Of a DNA stretch of 64,000 nt, positions 48,150-57,570 are shown piece by piece. Below the pieces are notes generated by a model that worked only from the letters and a program-made list of their open reading frames with translations, did no database searches and was not told the origin of the DNA. Within the stretch, counting starts at the first letter, position 1, and every line of letters starts with the position of its first letter. The position numbers and the translations under genes are program-made. This stretch comes from a virus (lineage: Duplodnaviria > Caudoviricetes): the IMG/VR virus record IMGVR_UViG_3300031993_000019. One strand, written 5' to 3'.

Positions 48150-49043
48150 TTAAGATGGAATTGCTTGAATACGATTTGCATATTTCGACCATCCATCAGC
48201 GCTTTTATATACATCTACGCTTGCAAGCGGAACATAGATTGGACAGTTGTTTGTATCATCAAATGTATTATAACCACGCTTAGGGTCTTCTTCCATCCCT
48301 GGAACACTACTAGCAAGTATTGTTATAGACACAAGCATATAACATTCAGCGAAAGCACGGTATCCAATATTATCAATGCTCTTCCCGATGACAACAGAAG
48401 TCAGTCCGGAGCAATCGTAAAATGCGTAGTCTCCAATGTGAGTGACGGTGTCCAAAATAGTAAGGGAAGTCGGTCCGGTGCAACCCGAGAATGCTAACCA
48501 ATCGATACCCGTGACTGTATCCCCGTCTGGAGAAACATCAGGAATCACCAGATCCAAATCCGTGCAAGTTCCGATACCGCTGACATAGCAAGTTCCGTCA
48601 CCCTCAGATTCATAAGAAAGACCTTCGCTCCAACAAACAACCTGGTATGCTCCGGTGTTTCCGTCCCAGCTCGTTCCTTTGGTAATAGACGTCCACTGAG
48701 AAGAATAGCCGTGAAAATAAATAGTGGTAAGAGAAGTACATCCGTAAAAAGCGTAATCGCCGATACTCGTAACCGTAGTAGGAATGTGAACCACAGTAAG
48801 ATTGGTACATCCGTAGAAGGTGTAGTCCCCAATCTCAGTTGCGCCTTCAAGCATATCCAGAGTAATCTCTGTCACGGACTTATCAACCACGGAGGCGATA
48901 TTATCTGATGGAATCTCTTCGATTTTTGAAGAGTACTGCCCAAGAGGAGCGTCTCCAACAACAACTCCTCGCGATTCAATTGCCGACTTAATACCTGAAA
49001 CCGCGTTGGACAGGTAAGCAAGTTTTTGTTGTGTTGTTCCCAT
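48150..49043 (-). CDS. BspA-type LRR protein with a conserved N-terminal anchor
   Basis: MGTTQQKLAY...IKSAIESRGV; IGDYAFYGC repeats; paralog of the next gene. Confidence 0.85.
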   Translation of the reverse strand: MGTTQQKLAYLSNAVSGIKSAIESRGVVVGDAPLGQYSSKIEEIPSDNIASVVDKSVTEITLDMLEGATEIGDYTFYGCTNLTVVHIPTTVTSIGDYAFYGCTSLTTIYFHGYSSQWTSITKGTSWDGNTGAYQVVCWSEGLSYESEGDGTCYVSGIGTCTDLDLVIPDVSPDGDTVTGIDWLAFSGCTGPTSLTILDTVTHIGDYAFYDCSGLTSVVIGKSIDNIGYRAFAECYMLVSITILASSVPGMEEDPKRGYNTFDDTNNCPIYVPLASVDVYKSADGWSKYANRIQAIPS

Positions 49044-49058
49044 TTATTACACCTCCTA

Positions 49059-50324
49059 TTAAGATTTAGGAATATCACCATCGGTGCAATGAACGACATA
49101 ATTACCAGTGCCATGATCCCATTTATCGCTAGAGGTATACGTTTCATATTTATCAATCACATTCCACTGTGCTACTGTTCCGGTATAAGTAATTGAAATC
49201 AAACTAGAACAACCACCAAATGCAGTCTGACCAATGCTTGTAACACTATTTGGAATTACAACAGAAACAAGCGCAGAACAAGAGTAGAACGTACTATAGA
49301 CAATATTACTTATGCCACCTGGAATCGTAACCGAGAGCAATCCCGTACAACCATAGAACGCACATCCTCCGATGGTTGTGACGCCGTCCGGGATTGTGAC
49401 TGAGGTCAAAGAGGTACAGCCGGAGAACGCCCAGTTTCCAATGCTCGTCACACCGTCCGGGATGGTGATCGTAGTTAGCCCGGAGCAGTTGTAGAAAGCA
49501 GAGCCACCGATGCTCGTGACGCCGTCCGGAATGGTGATGAAGGTCAGCCCGGTGCAACCGCGGAACGCAAAGTTTCCGATGCTCGTCACGCCTTTCCCGA
49601 TGGTAACCGAGGTCAGCCCGGAGCAACCGGAGAACGCACGCTCCCCGATGCTCGTGACGCCGTCCGGGATGGTGATCGAGGTCAGACCGGTGCAACCGTT
49701 GAACGCAGATTGCCCAATACTGGTGACACTATCCGGGATTGTGACTGAGGTCAGCTTGGATAAGCCGCTAAACGCAGATCGCCCAATACTGGTGACACTA
49801 TCCCCATTAAGGGATGCTGACGGAATTACAATATCGGTATCGGTGCAAGTACCAATACCACTAACAGAACAAGTACCATCGCCATTTGTGGTAAAAGAAA
49901 GACCTAAACTACCATAAATGACAGAATATGCTCCTGTATTCCCATCCCAGTTAGTGCCCTTAGTTATAGAAGACCACTGAGCGCTTGTGCCCCAAAAGTA
50001 TATAGTAGCAAGAGACGAACACCCGTAAAAAGCGTAATCGCCAATGCTCGTAACGGTAGCAGGAATTTCAATCGTAGTAAGATTCGTTTGATTATAAAAG
50101 GCATAATCACCAATCTGCGTGATGCCTTCAATCATTCTCTCAGTAACCTCTGTAAGAGCCTTCTCTGCAAAACTCGTTGTTCCATCTGTCGAGATACTTT
50201 CAATCAAGGAAGCATAATCTCCGAGAGGGGTATCACCCACTACAATACCCCTCTCCTCAAGCACACCCTTAATCCCGTTAATTGCATTAGCAGTATATGT
50301 TAATTTTTGAGCAGTAGTTCCCAT
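49059..50324 (-). CDS. BspA-type LRR protein with a conserved N-terminal anchor
   Basis: Start reassigned to ATG 50324 (MGTTAQKL) by alignment with the paralog; tandem 23-aa LRRs; ends VHCTDG. Confidence 0.85.
   Translation of the reverse strand: MGTTAQKLTYTANAINGIKGVLEERGIVVGDTPLGDYASLIESISTDGTTSFAEKALTEVTERMIEGITQIGDYAFYNQTNLTTIEIPATVTSIGDYAFYGCSSLATIYFWGTSAQWSSITKGTNWDGNTGAYSVIYGSLGLSFTTNGDGTCSVSGIGTCTDTDIVIPSASLNGDSVTSIGRSAFSGLSKLTSVTIPDSVTSIGQSAFNGCTGLTSITIPDGVTSIGERAFSGCSGLTSVTIGKGVTSIGNFAFRGCTGLTFITIPDGVTSIGGSAFYNCSGLTTITIPDGVTSIGNWAFSGCTSLTSVTIPDGVTTIGGCAFYGCTGLLSVTIPGGISNIVYSTFYSCSALVSVVIPNSVTSIGQTAFGGCSSLISITYTGTVAQWNVIDKYETYTSSDKWDHGTGNYVVHCTDGDIPKS
49368..49800 (-). repeat. 69-bp tandem LRR-coding repeats sharing near-identical DNA with 45300-46130
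   Basis: 49507-49592 matches 45476-45561 at 85 of 86 nt. Confidence 0.9.
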
Positions 50325-50325
50325 A

Positions 50326-51726
50326 TTACACCACCACTCCATTTATAGCATCAAGAGCCGAGTTGATGTCGCCAACAATATCACCTACATATTCTTCGGT
50401 TGCAATATGGCCGTTTGCAGTTGGCTCCTGAAGTCTTTTTTCTCCAATATAAACATGATGCCCGTAGGTGCCATTATAACAAACAGCAAAAGATGTTCTC
50501 CTGTTATTACTAGAACTACCAGACCCAACAACGAACCACGCGTCTGGCTGTTTATTACTGCTTATTTTATTATATTGACCAACAATAAACTGTCCATCTT
50601 CAAGCGGTTTTAAATGGTTACCAAATAAGAACACTTTACTTTTTGCATTATTTATAGTGTCATCTTTACTATTACTATTATTGTCGCCAAACAGGTAAAC
50701 ATTTGATACCTTATTGCTTGAATCCGCTCCACCATAAATGTGACTAGAATAGCCAAAAACGGTGCAGTCTGTTAAATTACTATCTAGTCTATTATTGTTT
50801 CCACCAAAAACATTTACAAATTCTACATCATCACCAATAGTAGCGCCACTACCCGAGACAATTGAATACTGAAACGTGTCACCAACTATATGATTCGCTC
50901 CGACGATTAAATCGCTCATGGCATGCGCACCAATTGTATGATCATTACCAAACACCATCAAATATCTAGACAAATTGCTAGTCGTAGTGTCGGACGGAAC
51001 AAAAACATCATGCTTAGGGTTAGCATCTACAGGAGACCGATCGCAATCAATATTGATCTCATTACCGAATATTAAACTCTCTTTAGCATTACTACCAACA
51101 TGATAGCCGCCAAGTAAGTTCTGATTACGATGACAATAAACACGATACCCGAAACCATAAGAATTTTCACCGTAAATATGAATGTCCCCACCAAAAGCGC
51201 CAGACTCAGAAGCTTCGGCTCCGGTGGTGTTTCGAGAGCCAAAAGTCACAGAAAATGCACCGTTTGCCGTGTTTGTTCTGTCTACATCGCCATCAACATT
51301 TTCTGTAATTGTCTTGACAGACGATCTGCCTACCGATTTAATAACCGGAAGTCCATTAACAGATCCGGTGCCGTCCTGATTGGCCCCAATCTTACCGTCA
51401 TCCGTCGACCCAAGGATAGAACCGGCAAGCTGATTTGTGAACGGTGTAATAGTGTCAACACCATCGTCGCGCCATCCAATATTGTCGTTCTCGTAATAAT
51501 GCCAAATATGATAGGTACTTACAACGACGACTGCAATTCCCTCATATGGACTCGTATAACCGAGACCATCAACAAAGGCACCAATTTCAGAAGCGTTTGG
51601 ATCTGTTTTTTCGGAATAAAGCAGACGAGTCGTTTTCCCCTCAAGTCTGTCAACTCTTTCGTTTGTTCTTTTAAGGCCGGCTTGAGCCGCGCCGGCTATG
51701 CCTCTTGCAAGAATATCCACAGCCAT
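50326..51726 (-). CDS. Fibre/adhesin with YadA-head-like beta-roll repeats
   Basis: Roughly 14-aa S/V-x-x-FG-xx-N repeats; VGQYN...FVVGSG neck-like motif; paralog of 53910..56270. Confidence 0.7.
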   Translation of the reverse strand: MAVDILARGIAGAAQAGLKRTNERVDRLEGKTTRLLYSEKTDPNASEIGAFVDGLGYTSPYEGIAVVVVSTYHIWHYYENDNIGWRDDGVDTITPFTNQLAGSILGSTDDGKIGANQDGTGSVNGLPVIKSVGRSSVKTITENVDGDVDRTNTANGAFSVTFGSRNTTGAEASESGAFGGDIHIYGENSYGFGYRVYCHRNQNLLGGYHVGSNAKESLIFGNEINIDCDRSPVDANPKHDVFVPSDTTTSNLSRYLMVFGNDHTIGAHAMSDLIVGANHIVGDTFQYSIVSGSGATIGDDVEFVNVFGGNNNRLDSNLTDCTVFGYSSHIYGGADSSNKVSNVYLFGDNNSNSKDDTINNAKSKVFLFGNHLKPLEDGQFIVGQYNKISSNKQPDAWFVVGSGSSSNNRRTSFAVCYNGTYGHHVYIGEKRLQEPTANGHIATEEYVGDIVGDINSALDAINGVVV

Positions 51727-51729
51727 AAC

Positions 51730-52080
51730 TTACACCCCCGTATTCACGGTACGACCAAAAATAGTAACGTTCCCGCCAGAAATAGCAGTGATGTTTGCAC
51801 GAACCTCTTTGACCCCGCTAATATCAACATTATAAATACCGGTCGCAGAAATCGACTCTACAACATCAAACGTCTTAGCCTCAATGCATGCAAGATCAAA
51901 CCACTCGCTATTATTCTGGTTATTTGCGCGCCCCTGCATCTTAATGGTCATAGACGAGGCAGTACCAGAAATCTCTACTGCGAGTAAATCTGATTGAACA
52001 TTCACATACGGCTTCATATCGCCAGAAGTAGATGTAGAAGATCTTTCTCTATAAAAAACCCAATTATCAATATTTTGCAT
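51730..52080 (-). CDS. Small beta-sandwich hypothetical protein, probably virion-associated
   Basis: ORF with strong RBS; alternating beta-strand pattern. Confidence 0.6.
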   Translation of the reverse strand: MQNIDNWVFYRERSSTSTSGDMKPYVNVQSDLLAVEISGTASSMTIKMQGRANNQNNSEWFDLACIEAKTFDVVESISATGIYNVDISGVKEVRANITAISGGNVTIFGRTVNTGV

Positions 52081-52122
52081 AATATATTTTCCTCCTTACT
52101 GTGCTTTCGCACAAAATAACAC

Positions 52123-52158
52123 ATAATAAAATAAGAATTTTAACAATTAGATAAGTGC
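52123..52158. repeat. Imperfect direct repeat flanking licD, copy 1 (contains TTTTATTAT on the minus strand)
   Basis: About 32/37 identity with 53088-53124. Confidence 0.75.
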
Positions 52159-52170
52159 TAATCTTCAATG

Positions 52171-53061
52171 TTAAAAAAAACACCTTTTGTTCAATATAAT
52201 TTCTCTTATCTGTTGGTTGTTAAGACATTCATAATCTCTGTAAGAGTGCTTGTTGTCTAAAATAACCAACGACAACATATTGTCGATGTTTTTACGTAGT
52301 TCAATATGATAGTCTCCATAATACACCCTCAGGATTTCGTCATACCCATATGGGACTCTCATTTTTTCTTTACAACCAATGAAATCTTTTTCAAGATAAT
52401 CCGAAAAACAACTTTCTGAAATAGAGCATCCGTTATATCCAAGGCACCACCAGGATGGACAGAAAACAACTCCGCTATCTTTGTTTAAATTGGAAGACTC
52501 TGTTAAAACAGCATTTAAATAAGCGGCTCGCTCCATACAACCCTTTAAATATATATCTGCCTCTCTTTCAGAAAATGTAGATCTAAAACCAAAAGCATTT
52601 TCCTTTCTTAGTTGCTCGTTTATGTGCTCCAGTTCGTTTTGTTTTTTCAAATCTTTTGGAATAAAATCCAAAGGTTCAATATTCATACCAACACATGGCG
52701 GGATGAAAAAATGCTTACCATCTGGCCTATAAAACCTAGAAAGATCTTTTAGCTGTAAGCAAGTAGTTTGAAGATCTATAAGAAACATTGTATAACGATT
52801 TGTTTTTGTTGTTTTATAGGATTCCAAGAAAAATCTATCCCCAAAAGCAGAATCCCCACATTCAAGGAGTTTATTATAATCTTCTCTTGGCATAACTACG
52901 TCCGCATCGTCGTCCCACGGAATCATACCTCCATGGCGAATACACCCAAGAAGCGTTCCTGAATCGACAAACCATCTCAAACCGTTTTCTCGACACACCC
53001 TGGCGAACTCATCCAGTAATGCTCTGCAAGAAGCGTGTAGAATTTCAACCTTTTCACTCAC
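52171..53061 (-). CDS. licD: LicD/fukutin-family phosphotransferase
   Basis: DSGTLLGCIRHGGMIPWDDDADVVMPREDY and VPYGYDEILRVYYGDY. Confidence 0.9.
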   Translation of the reverse strand: MSEKVEILHASCRALLDEFARVCRENGLRWFVDSGTLLGCIRHGGMIPWDDDADVVMPREDYNKLLECGDSAFGDRFFLESYKTTKTNRYTMFLIDLQTTCLQLKDLSRFYRPDGKHFFIPPCVGMNIEPLDFIPKDLKKQNELEHINEQLRKENAFGFRSTFSEREADIYLKGCMERAAYLNAVLTESSNLNKDSGVVFCPSWWCLGYNGCSISESCFSDYLEKDFIGCKEKMRVPYGYDEILRVYYGDYHIELRKNIDNMLSLVILDNKHSYRDYECLNNQQIREIILNKRCFF

Positions 53062-53087
53062 AGCCTGTCTCCTTTCGCCATGTCGTA

Positions 53088-53124
53088 ATAATAAAATCAG
53101 AAATTTAACAAATTAGGTAAGTAC
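53088..53124. repeat. Imperfect direct repeat flanking licD, copy 2
   Basis: About 32/37 identity with 52123-52158. Confidence 0.75.
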
Positions 53125-53271
53125 TTGTTTCCAAATTTAAAATTTTCCCGCCGTGGTCGCACATGTGAATTGATATAAATTTTTGTAGGTCGGATCGGGC
53201 GCGTTTATACCCGACAGAATCCGACATGCACAAATTCGCATTCGTTTCAACTTCTTTCAGTGTTGAAATTA

Positions 53272-53282
53272 CCCCCCCCCCC
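53272..53282 (-). repeat. G11 homopolymer within a hairpin-rich intergenic region
   Basis: 11 consecutive C on the + strand. Confidence 0.9.
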
Positions 53283-53305
53283 ATTCCGGTGAATGGGTGC
53301 CGGTG

Positions 53306-53812
53306 TTATCGTGACATCGTCGCTATGAACGTGTTTTCGGGGATCGTAATGGTTGGGGTGTCTCCCGTGTTTGCCGAAAGCAATTCTGTCCCGTCTTTAT
53401 CGTAACATGCGATATAGAGAATAATATCGATCGAGGACAGAACATCACCTATATCAATAATATAAGCGGTTGCGTCCTCTGCGATAGGGGTGGGTTCTTC
53501 ACCATTTACCCGCAAATCGGTAGAGGGGCGGGTTTTTACCAAAACACATTTGGTCTCCGCCGGAGTCGGAGGCGTGGGTTCGGGGTCAATCCACTCGCCG
53601 TCGCTGTAGGTGTACAACTTGCCTGTAATTTCATTCACAGCGGTAGATTCTTCTGCCGGTTCTCCATAATCAAAAAAGCAAGAATAATTGGAAGAATTAA
53701 ACGGCTTTTCAGCGCTCGGAAGATCAGACGTGGTGTCCCCTGTTCCCATGGTCAAATGAAGAATATATTTACCAGACGCGGCATCATATTCCTCTTCAAG
53801 TAAATTAATCAT
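53306..53812 (-). CDS. Two-domain hypothetical virion protein with a Pro/Thr linker
   Basis: Start ATG 53812 after AAGGAGG; DPEPTPPTPAE linker. Confidence 0.7.
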   Translation of the reverse strand: MINLLEEEYDAASGKYILHLTMGTGDTTSDLPSAEKPFNSSNYSCFFDYGEPAEESTAVNEITGKLYTYSDGEWIDPEPTPPTPAETKCVLVKTRPSTDLRVNGEEPTPIAEDATAYIIDIGDVLSSIDIILYIACYDKDGTELLSANTGDTPTITIPENTFIATMSR

Positions 53813-53854
53813 TTTTGTTTTCCTCCTTATAAAAAATAATAAAATCAACATTTT

Positions 53855-53888
53855 AAAACGAATCCGGCCAAGATCTCTCCGGGCCGGG
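53855..53888 (-). terminator. Probable intrinsic terminator
   Basis: CCGGCC...GGCCGG followed by ATTCGTTTT. Confidence 0.6.
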
Positions 53889-53909
53889 TTATTACTAAAT
53901 CTATCGTAA

Positions 53910-56270
53910 TCATGAATTGAAGTGCTCTCTGACGTCCTCAAGCATATTGTTTAGGTCGGCAAAATCGAGCATTTCTTCTCTATTTCTATAGACCCACGCA
54001 TACTTGTCTCCATACTCATGCATAAAGTACGGATTGGTTTCTTTTAGTAACGGGATTATTTCGGCATTCCGTTCCTCCATACGATTAATTTCTGCTCTAG
54101 CCGCGATTCTCTGTTCTTTAATCGGGAGCCATTCTTCTTCAGAAAGTACGCCCTCTGCATACTTCATCGCCTTATAGTCGGTATTATTTAAAAATTCTTT
54201 TTTAATAGTTATACTTGCTTTGTTGCTATTCCATTCTTTAAATAGTTCGACAGAGGCTACATCTTCGATGTGATCATCTGGAATAAGATCATCTATACCT
54301 CCAGAATGACGCGCAATAATACCGGCAAAAATACTATCAATTTTTGAACCGAATGTCTCATGGTATTTCATTAAGCGAGTAATCATATTAACTGGCTTTC
54401 TCGCTTGACATAAACCATTTATAAAACAAGTACCGTTAGAAGTATCAATGCAATATCTTCCGGTGGAAGCAGCACATTTAAAAGTCCGTTTATAAACTAC
54501 AGCAACTCCATTATCTTTTCCGCCAGTATTTTTAATAACTTTTCTAATATAATCTTTATGCTCTCTACTACGACTATAAAGATAATCTATCCAACAAGCG
54601 CTAAAGCAGTCACTGTTTGCAGCCTCTGGATTATCAAAATTAGACATATGATGAGTTAAGAAACTGTCGTTTCCATAAATATCTACCGTTGTACCATCTT
54701 CAAATACATAACAATCAAATTCATTGCTTTCGCCGGTTTTAATATTGTCTAGAACAATTGCTTCGCAATACTCTTGTTTATTTACATCGTAGCCAAGCAC
54801 TGAATCTCCAGCTTTAACTTCAGAAATAAGCCTAGTCGTTCCATCATACATTGTAACATATGAGGTGTCCCCTCGGAAACAAGTGGTGATATGAGTAATT
54901 ACATCAGCAATAGATACTGATCTAGTACCATCTGTTAAATAATATTCATTATTTTGTAATATAATAGTATCGTCAAGTTTTTTCTTGTCTTCTGCAGACA
55001 TAAAACCACTATTATTACTGGTTGCATTATTGTGGGCGTGGCCGCTTAAAGACACCGTTGTGCCATTAACCTTAAGACCACCAGACGAACCGACAAGTCT
55101 TGTAGGACCAAGATATGCAAAATATTCAGAATTTTCATATCCAACGGCAAATCCAGTTCTTCTTGCTGCATCAGAACTACCACATCCAACCTCAAAAAAT
55201 GTACCGTTAATACCGGTGCCATCGTTATAACGCCCAACAATAACACGATCATCCGATTCGGCTCGTAAATAGGCGCCGATCATAAATGTTCGCTGGTAGG
55301 CTGTCGAAGACGGTTTGTTTGTATTCGAGTATCCTATAGCGTATACAGATTCGTTTTTGCTGCTCGTACTTGAGCCGCCTGCTATTTTGTTATAATAACC
55401 TATAACAGTAGAATCTGTCAAACAAGCACCAACTCTGTTTTGATAGCCAAAAACATTAACGTCTTCATTTCCACCAGAATAGGAATCAGAGTTTCCAGTC
55501 GGATCTGCCAGACCAATTTTGTTATTATAGCCAAAAACATTGATCCAGTTTGACGAATTCGATCCTAAATAATGCTCTTGCCCAAATACAAAACTGTTAT
55601 CAAGCGCTCCCTGTATTCTATTTCCATTACCCCCAATAGCAGACCGATACACATATTGTGGTATATTATTATCAATACCGTACACAAGATCAGACTGACA
55701 GTTGCTTGCAATGATGTGGTTTTTCCCAAAAATAGCCAAGTATCGCGACTTGTTAACATCTGCAGTGCTGTTCGCAGTCCACTCGTGAGTGCTATTATTG
55801 TGCGTGCAGTCAACACCTATTGTATTACCAAAAATAAAACTCTCTTTTGCATTGCTCCCCACATCATAGCCGCCAATAAGATTCTGGTTTGAATGAGCCC
55901 ACACATGGTATCCAAACCCATATGTGTTTTCCGAATTAATATGGACATCTCCACCAAAAGCGCCAGACTCTGAAGCATCTGCGCCGATGACATTTCTTGA
56001 TCCAAAAGCCACAGAATATGCTCCGTTAGCAATGTTTGCACGAGAAATGTTATCGTTGGTTGTCGTGTTAATAACACTATCCTTGCCGACTGAATTCGAA
56101 ACCGGCATATCCTTCATAACCTGTTCCCCATCAGAAGACTTAACATACATCTGATCTTTAGACGTAATTATAGAAACTTCATGAAGAGCAGTTTCATCAT
56201 AAATCGTATATATAACACCATCGCTCATTTTAAGCCTTGTTACCTTCGGAATATTTGGCACGACAACCAC
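53910..56270 (-). CDS. Fibre/adhesin: YadA-like repeats, Hint domain and chaperone-like C-terminus
   Basis: FGxxN repeats; SGFMSAEDKKKLD; CFRGDT...DG...ISEVKAGDSV (Hint block A, Cys464); LNNTDYKAMKYAEG...RIAARAEINRME. Confidence 0.75.
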   Translation of the reverse strand: MVVVPNIPKVTRLKMSDGVIYTIYDETALHEVSIITSKDQMYVKSSDGEQVMKDMPVSNSVGKDSVINTTTNDNISRANIANGAYSVAFGSRNVIGADASESGAFGGDVHINSENTYGFGYHVWAHSNQNLIGGYDVGSNAKESFIFGNTIGVDCTHNNSTHEWTANSTADVNKSRYLAIFGKNHIIASNCQSDLVYGIDNNIPQYVYRSAIGGNGNRIQGALDNSFVFGQEHYLGSNSSNWINVFGYNNKIGLADPTGNSDSYSGGNEDVNVFGYQNRVGACLTDSTVIGYYNKIAGGSSTSSKNESVYAIGYSNTNKPSSTAYQRTFMIGAYLRAESDDRVIVGRYNDGTGINGTFFEVGCGSSDAARRTGFAVGYENSEYFAYLGPTRLVGSSGGLKVNGTTVSLSGHAHNNATSNNSGFMSAEDKKKLDDTIILQNNEYYLTDGTRSVSIADVITHITTCFRGDTSYVTMYDGTTRLISEVKAGDSVLGYDVNKQEYCEAIVLDNIKTGESNEFDCYVFEDGTTVDIYGNDSFLTHHMSNFDNPEAANSDCFSACWIDYLYSRSREHKDYIRKVIKNTGGKDNGVAVVYKRTFKCAASTGRYCIDTSNGTCFINGLCQARKPVNMITRLMKYHETFGSKIDSIFAGIIARHSGGIDDLIPDDHIEDVASVELFKEWNSNKASITIKKEFLNNTDYKAMKYAEGVLSEEEWLPIKEQRIAARAEINRMEERNAEIIPLLKETNPYFMHEYGDKYAWVYRNREEMLDFADLNNMLEDVREHFNS

Positions 56271-56320
56271 CTCCTTATAATGAAATTTTAATTTTGTGTG
56301 CTTTTCTCAACATAAAGCGT

Positions 56321-56357
56321 AAAAAAAATACGCCCCACCCGTAGGTGGAGCGTATTT
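56321..56357 (-). terminator. Intrinsic terminator after the major tail gene
   Basis: TACGCTCCACC-TACG-GGTGGGGCGTA followed by T8. Confidence 0.9.
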
Positions 56358-56370
56358 AAAAGCTGTAGAA

Positions 56371-57570
56371 TTACGAAATAACCTGCGAGTCAGACCCGAT
56401 GATGCCAAAGGACCCAACAACGGGTTCATCGTCGAGCTCACTATCAATATTGGTATAGTCCGTATCGCTGACAGTAGGAGCGAAAATAGCGACGTACCAA
56501 GTGCCCGTGGACGCCCACTTACCAGCGCTGAGCGCGGTAGGAACGTAAGAGGAAGCGCTGGCCATTTTGATGAAGCCGTTAACATCCTTACCATCGGGGT
56601 TGGAAGCGCTGTCGATATGCTGCGAAGCAATCTTATCGTTGTCGATCGGTCTATAGGTACCATCATTGTAGATACCGTACACAACAGGTGCGTCAGCAGT
56701 AGTTGCCGAAGCCGGATCAATCGCGACACCAATCAGGCCGGAACGGAAGTCCGCGCTATGGTTGGTTTCGAGGATCTCTGCATAGTACTCTTTACCGGTC
56801 GCAGAATCAATAGCAGCCAGAGCGCTACCGTTCAGCGAAATGGTAGCCGCGGAAGTCATGTTCAGACCGAGGTCGAACTGACCGTCGAGCTGCAGACGAG
56901 GAATCTTAACGACGAGCTGACCAACGGCCTCACCAGTCGTAACGTTCGCAGAGTCGCCGGCATACTCGTTGGCGGTCATAACAGCCATGACTTCGCCGGG
57001 AATAAACGTAGCCGAAACGTCATAAAGAACCGACGCCGGATCGTTCTTGAAGTAGGAAATGGTGATAACGTCACCAGCAACGAATTTACCGGTAAGCTGA
57101 GCAGCAGCGATGGTCTTGTTGGGAGTACCGGAAACCGTCAGAGGAATATCCGCGCTCGTACCCTCCTTGCAATCGACCTTGTGCGCCCAGCAGAGAACAT
57201 CGTCGAGGCCGCAGAGGTGACCGACAGAAACGGCGGTATTGTCAAGGGTGATGTCGCTTGAACCATCCCAGGTCTTAACTTCGCTCGCAAGGACAGAGGT
57301 AATAGTGCTTTCACTGCGCTTAGCGCCGAGGTTCAGACGGAGATAGTTGATATCGAACATAGCGTCGGTCATCTGCAGGGTCATACCGGTGGTGTGACCG
57401 AAACGACCAAACAGCTTAGCGCCCTGACCACCACGGACGTCTTCCATCGAAATCTGGAAGCCAATGGACGAATCGGTCAGAGTGTGCGCAGACGCAAAGT
57501 GCTTAAGCTCACCGTTAACGCGCTCGAAAAGCTCGACGTTCGCAACGGAGGCCAAAAATCTTTTTGCCAT
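56371..57570 (-). CDS. Major tail (tube) protein
   Basis: EDVRGGQG motif, beta-rich, same strong codon bias as the capsid gene, position after the neck genes. Confidence 0.75.
   Translation of the reverse strand: MAKRFLASVANVELFERVNGELKHFASAHTLTDSSIGFQISMEDVRGGQGAKLFGRFGHTTGMTLQMTDAMFDINYLRLNLGAKRSESTITSVLASEVKTWDGSSDITLDNTAVSVGHLCGLDDVLCWAHKVDCKEGTSADIPLTVSGTPNKTIAAAQLTGKFVAGDVITISYFKNDPASVLYDVSATFIPGEVMAVMTANEYAGDSANVTTGEAVGQLVVKIPRLQLDGQFDLGLNMTSAATISLNGSALAAIDSATGKEYYAEILETNHSADFRSGLIGVAIDPASATTADAPVVYGIYNDGTYRPIDNDKIASQHIDSASNPDGKDVNGFIKMASASSYVPTALSAGKWASTGTWYVAIFAPTVSDTDYTNIDSELDDEPVVGSFGIIGSDSQVIS

Noticed and set aside
45300-49800. CRISPR array suggested by regular repeats
   Set aside because: The period is 69 bp and in frame, encoding 23-aa LRRs; there are no unique spacers between invariant repeats.
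43831-50324. Invertase shufflon for the LRR genes
   Set aside because: All cassettes are on one strand and I found no inverted recombination sites or promoterless reversed cassettes.
45049-56270. Diversity-generating retroelement
   Set aside because: No reverse transcriptase in the window, and repeat differences are not obviously adenine-specific.
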